DNA of 64,000 nucleotides from Candidatus Omnitrophota bacterium (GTDB lineage Bacteria; Omnitrophota; Gorgyraeia; 2-02-FULL-51-18): NCBI GenBank assembly GCA_023247915.1, contig JAHFFN010000003.1, positions 4,081 to 68,080 of the forward strand, read 5' to 3'. Shown piece by piece: positions 62,123 to 64,000 of this stretch (position 1 is its first letter; each line of letters starts with the position of its first letter). The notes under the pieces were generated by a model. It saw only the letters and a program-made list of their open reading frames with translations, ran no database searches and was not told where the DNA came from. The position numbers and the translations under genes were made by a program.

Positions 62123-64000
62123 ATGAAGCAACAAGAAAGCAAACCGCAATCCCATCACCCGCTCCTTTCGAGCGGGTTTTCTGCTTTAAGACCCTACGCA
62201 TTAAGAAAACTATTTATAAAGAACATCTCATGGAGTCTGATTCTGAGCCTAGCCTATTCCCAGATGCTGTACGCGGCAGACCCAAGACAAATACTGGCTA
62301 GTGCCAAGCTCGGCTTTCAAGAAGACAATCCGGAGCGGGGATCGGTCGGGATGGGATCTTCGGAGCTTGCCGCTAGTCAGTCTTCCGCTGAGAACCGTGT
62401 CGCTCAGGCCAATAATCTCAACGACCTCATCGACCAGAATCCCACTTTCAGTCTCACCACCCAAAACGGCGACATTCTAAACTATGTCAATGGCAAACTC
62501 CTAAGCGTCAAACAAAAAGATGGCAACACCTTAAACGGAATCTCTTTAGACTCAAGCGGCCTCATCACAAGTGCCAATCTCACTCTATCTGACGGCTCCG
62601 TCCAAATCTTTGAAAACGGCCAAGTAATCTCATATGCCATGCCCGACGGCTCAACCATCTTCTATAGAGCAGGGCAGATTGACCACACTTTCTCCAAAGA
62701 CGGCTTACGTTCCGATTACGGCTATGACGAGACAGGCAAAACACTTCTCTGGATCAAATCCAATAAACTTCAAACCTTCTATAATCCCGACGGCTCTCTA
62801 AAAGAGACTGTCTCCGAAGGCAAACGAACCCTCTATCAAAACGGCCTCCTGGACCGCATCCTTAACCCCGATGGCACCTCTTTTATCTATAAGACCTCGG
62901 ACGACCAAACCAAAGTAATGCTCTATTCCTTCATAGATTCCAAAGGCCTAGAGTTTGTTCTGTCTGTCGACAAAATGACACTCACTCAAGGCGACCACTC
63001 CTATGAGTATGATCTAAACGGCACTCTAAGACGCATTACCTATCAAGACCATTACTGCGATCTCTACACCTCCGGTGAATTTAAAGGGCTCATCCAACAC
63101 ATCTTTTATTCACCCACTAGTGAAAACCGTTATGTTTACTCTAAGAACCCAGACGGCACCATTCGCTATGACCTCTACGCCAAAGTCCAAAAAACCAAGA
63201 AATTTGGCTTGTCGAATCGCGATTACTGGACTTGGGCAAAAGTCGGAGGCGGGCAAGGGATTGCCTTGGGGACACCGCCCACACCGATAGCCCCTAGTTC
63301 TCTCAGCCTCCCCGAACTAAGATACATTCTCTACTCAGACTCCAAGACTCCTTTAGAAGTCGTCAAATCAGATGGCACCAAAGTCACCTTTAAAGACGGT
63401 CTCCCTGACCAAGTCACCGATAAAGAGGGAAATCTTGTAAGCGAATTCACATTTGATCAGAATGAATATTTAAATCTCACCGGCACTCAAATCACACAAA
63501 ATAATCTGAATGTCTCTTACGACGCCAAAGGAAATCTCGCCCAAGTAAAAGTGGGCGACCTTACTATTCATTACAAGGACAAAGACATCGACTTTATTAC
63601 TAATGATAATGGCACTGCCACCGAGGATGATGACGTTGATCTTAAAAATATTAAGTTTAGCGGCGAAACTAATGTCATTACAGACGTCACCATATTGTCA
63701 TCCGACGGAGAAGAAAGAACTTATAAAGATGGGCATCTCATCAAACTTCGTCGAGCCGATGAGACCATTCTTGACTACCACTTTGATGAGATTCTAAAAG
63801 AACTCCAAATTAATAAACTCACGACACCGGAAACACTGGTTTATAACTTTAATTACACGGCACCCGACACCATCACGGCTGAGCTTGATCTAGCCGCCTC
63901 AAAAATTCTCCCCAATCAAGACCTGATCAAAATGATGGAGTATTCGGCCGATTATTCGCTCAAAAAAATAATCCGCCAAAATAATGAATCCATCAGTTAT
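62123..64000 (+). CDS. secreted YD-like repeat protein, 3-prime partial (open to the window end); not in the supplied ORF track
   Basis: My own translation from the ATG at 62123 gives MKQQESKPQSHHP...ISWSLILSLAYSQMLYAAD, then degenerate DG(S/T)xxxY / YxYDxxG repeats (SDYGYDETGKTL, YEYDLNGTLRRI, VSYDAKGNLAQV). I found no in-frame stop through nt 64000. Confidence 0.7.
   Translation, partial: MKQQESKPQSHHPLLSSGFSALRPYALRKLFIKNISWSLILSLAYSQMLYAADPRQILASAKLGFQEDNPERGSVGMGSSELAASQSSAENRVAQANNLNDLIDQNPTFSLTTQNGDILNYVNGKLLSVKQKDGNTLNGISLDSSGLITSANLTLSDGSVQIFENGQVISYAMPDGSTIFYRAGQIDHTFSKDGLRSDYGYDETGKTLLWIKSNKLQTFYNPDGSLKETVSEGKRTLYQNGLLDRILNPDGTSFIYKTSDDQTKVMLYSFIDSKGLEFVLSVDKMTLTQGDHSYEYDLNGTLRRITYQDHYCDLYTSGEFKGLIQHIFYSPTSENRYVYSKNPDGTIRYDLYAKVQKTKKFGLSNRDYWTWAKVGGGQGIALGTPPTPIAPSSLSLPELRYILYSDSKTPLEVVKSDGTKVTFKDGLPDQVTDKEGNLVSEFTFDQNEYLNLTGTQITQNNLNVSYDAKGNLAQVKVGDLTIHYKDKDIDFITNDNGTATEDDDVDLKNIKFSGETNVITDVTILSSDGEERTYKDGHLIKLRRADETILDYHFDEILKELQINKLTTPETLVYNFNYTAPDTITAELDLAASKILPNQDLIKMMEYSADYSLKKIIRQNNESISY

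Overview
This 64-kb window looks like a bacterial chromosome segment. I saw no rRNA, tRNA, CRISPR array, transposase or integrase. Nt 1-9.5k hold the distal spc/alpha ribosomal-protein superoperon (rplE to rplQ, with secY, adk, map, infA, rpmJ, rpoA). There is no rpmD between rpsE and rplO, and several r-proteins carry extensions. Nt 9.5-32.8k hold tightly packed plus-strand housekeeping genes: an aminotransferase, icd, lipA, a GT2, exbBD, a cobalamin riboswitch in front of a TonB-dependent receptor plus tonB, a GT-C/TPR glycosyltransferase, gap-pgk-tpiA-secG, a five-gene peptide-type ABC importer, glgC, thiG, an IPMDH-family dehydrogenase, asd and truA. Nt 32.9-42.2k are dominated by one 8.5-kb gene for a 2,833-aa secreted mosaic protein. 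It reads as beta-helix, five Ig-like repeats, a complete YD/Rhs core with an internal DPLGL core-end motif, a Gly/Trp tract, an unassigned domain, a second YD array and five FN3-like modules. A small multi-pass membrane protein gene overlaps its 3-prime end. Nt 42.4-62k form a signalling island. It has five paralogous multi-TM histidine kinases (two with an internally duplicated membrane module), three single-domain receivers, a GAF/HD-GYP protein, two tandem small OMP barrels and a Ser/Asp/Thr-rich secreted protein. Embedded in one tightly coupled operon is a minimal fatty-acyl gene set: HTH, methyltransferase, KAS II, ACP, crotonase and a TesA-like SGNH hydrolase. From nt 62123 to the window end runs a second secreted YD-like repeat ORF that is missing from the supplied ORF track because it has no stop in the window. 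The two most interesting candidates are the mosaic double-YD giant protein with its overlapping partner gene, and the operon that fuses fatty-acid-type biosynthesis to a kinase/receiver/HD-GYP module, which could be a lipid-signal synthesis-plus-sensing locus. A shared promoter-proximal motif links the two YD genes and the OMP/kinase unit. The GGAI/FxxN-type repeats, the giant gene and the missing L30 hint at an uncultivated PVC-like lineage. That is a guess I cannot verify without a database search. All family calls come from reading motifs by eye, with no searches run.
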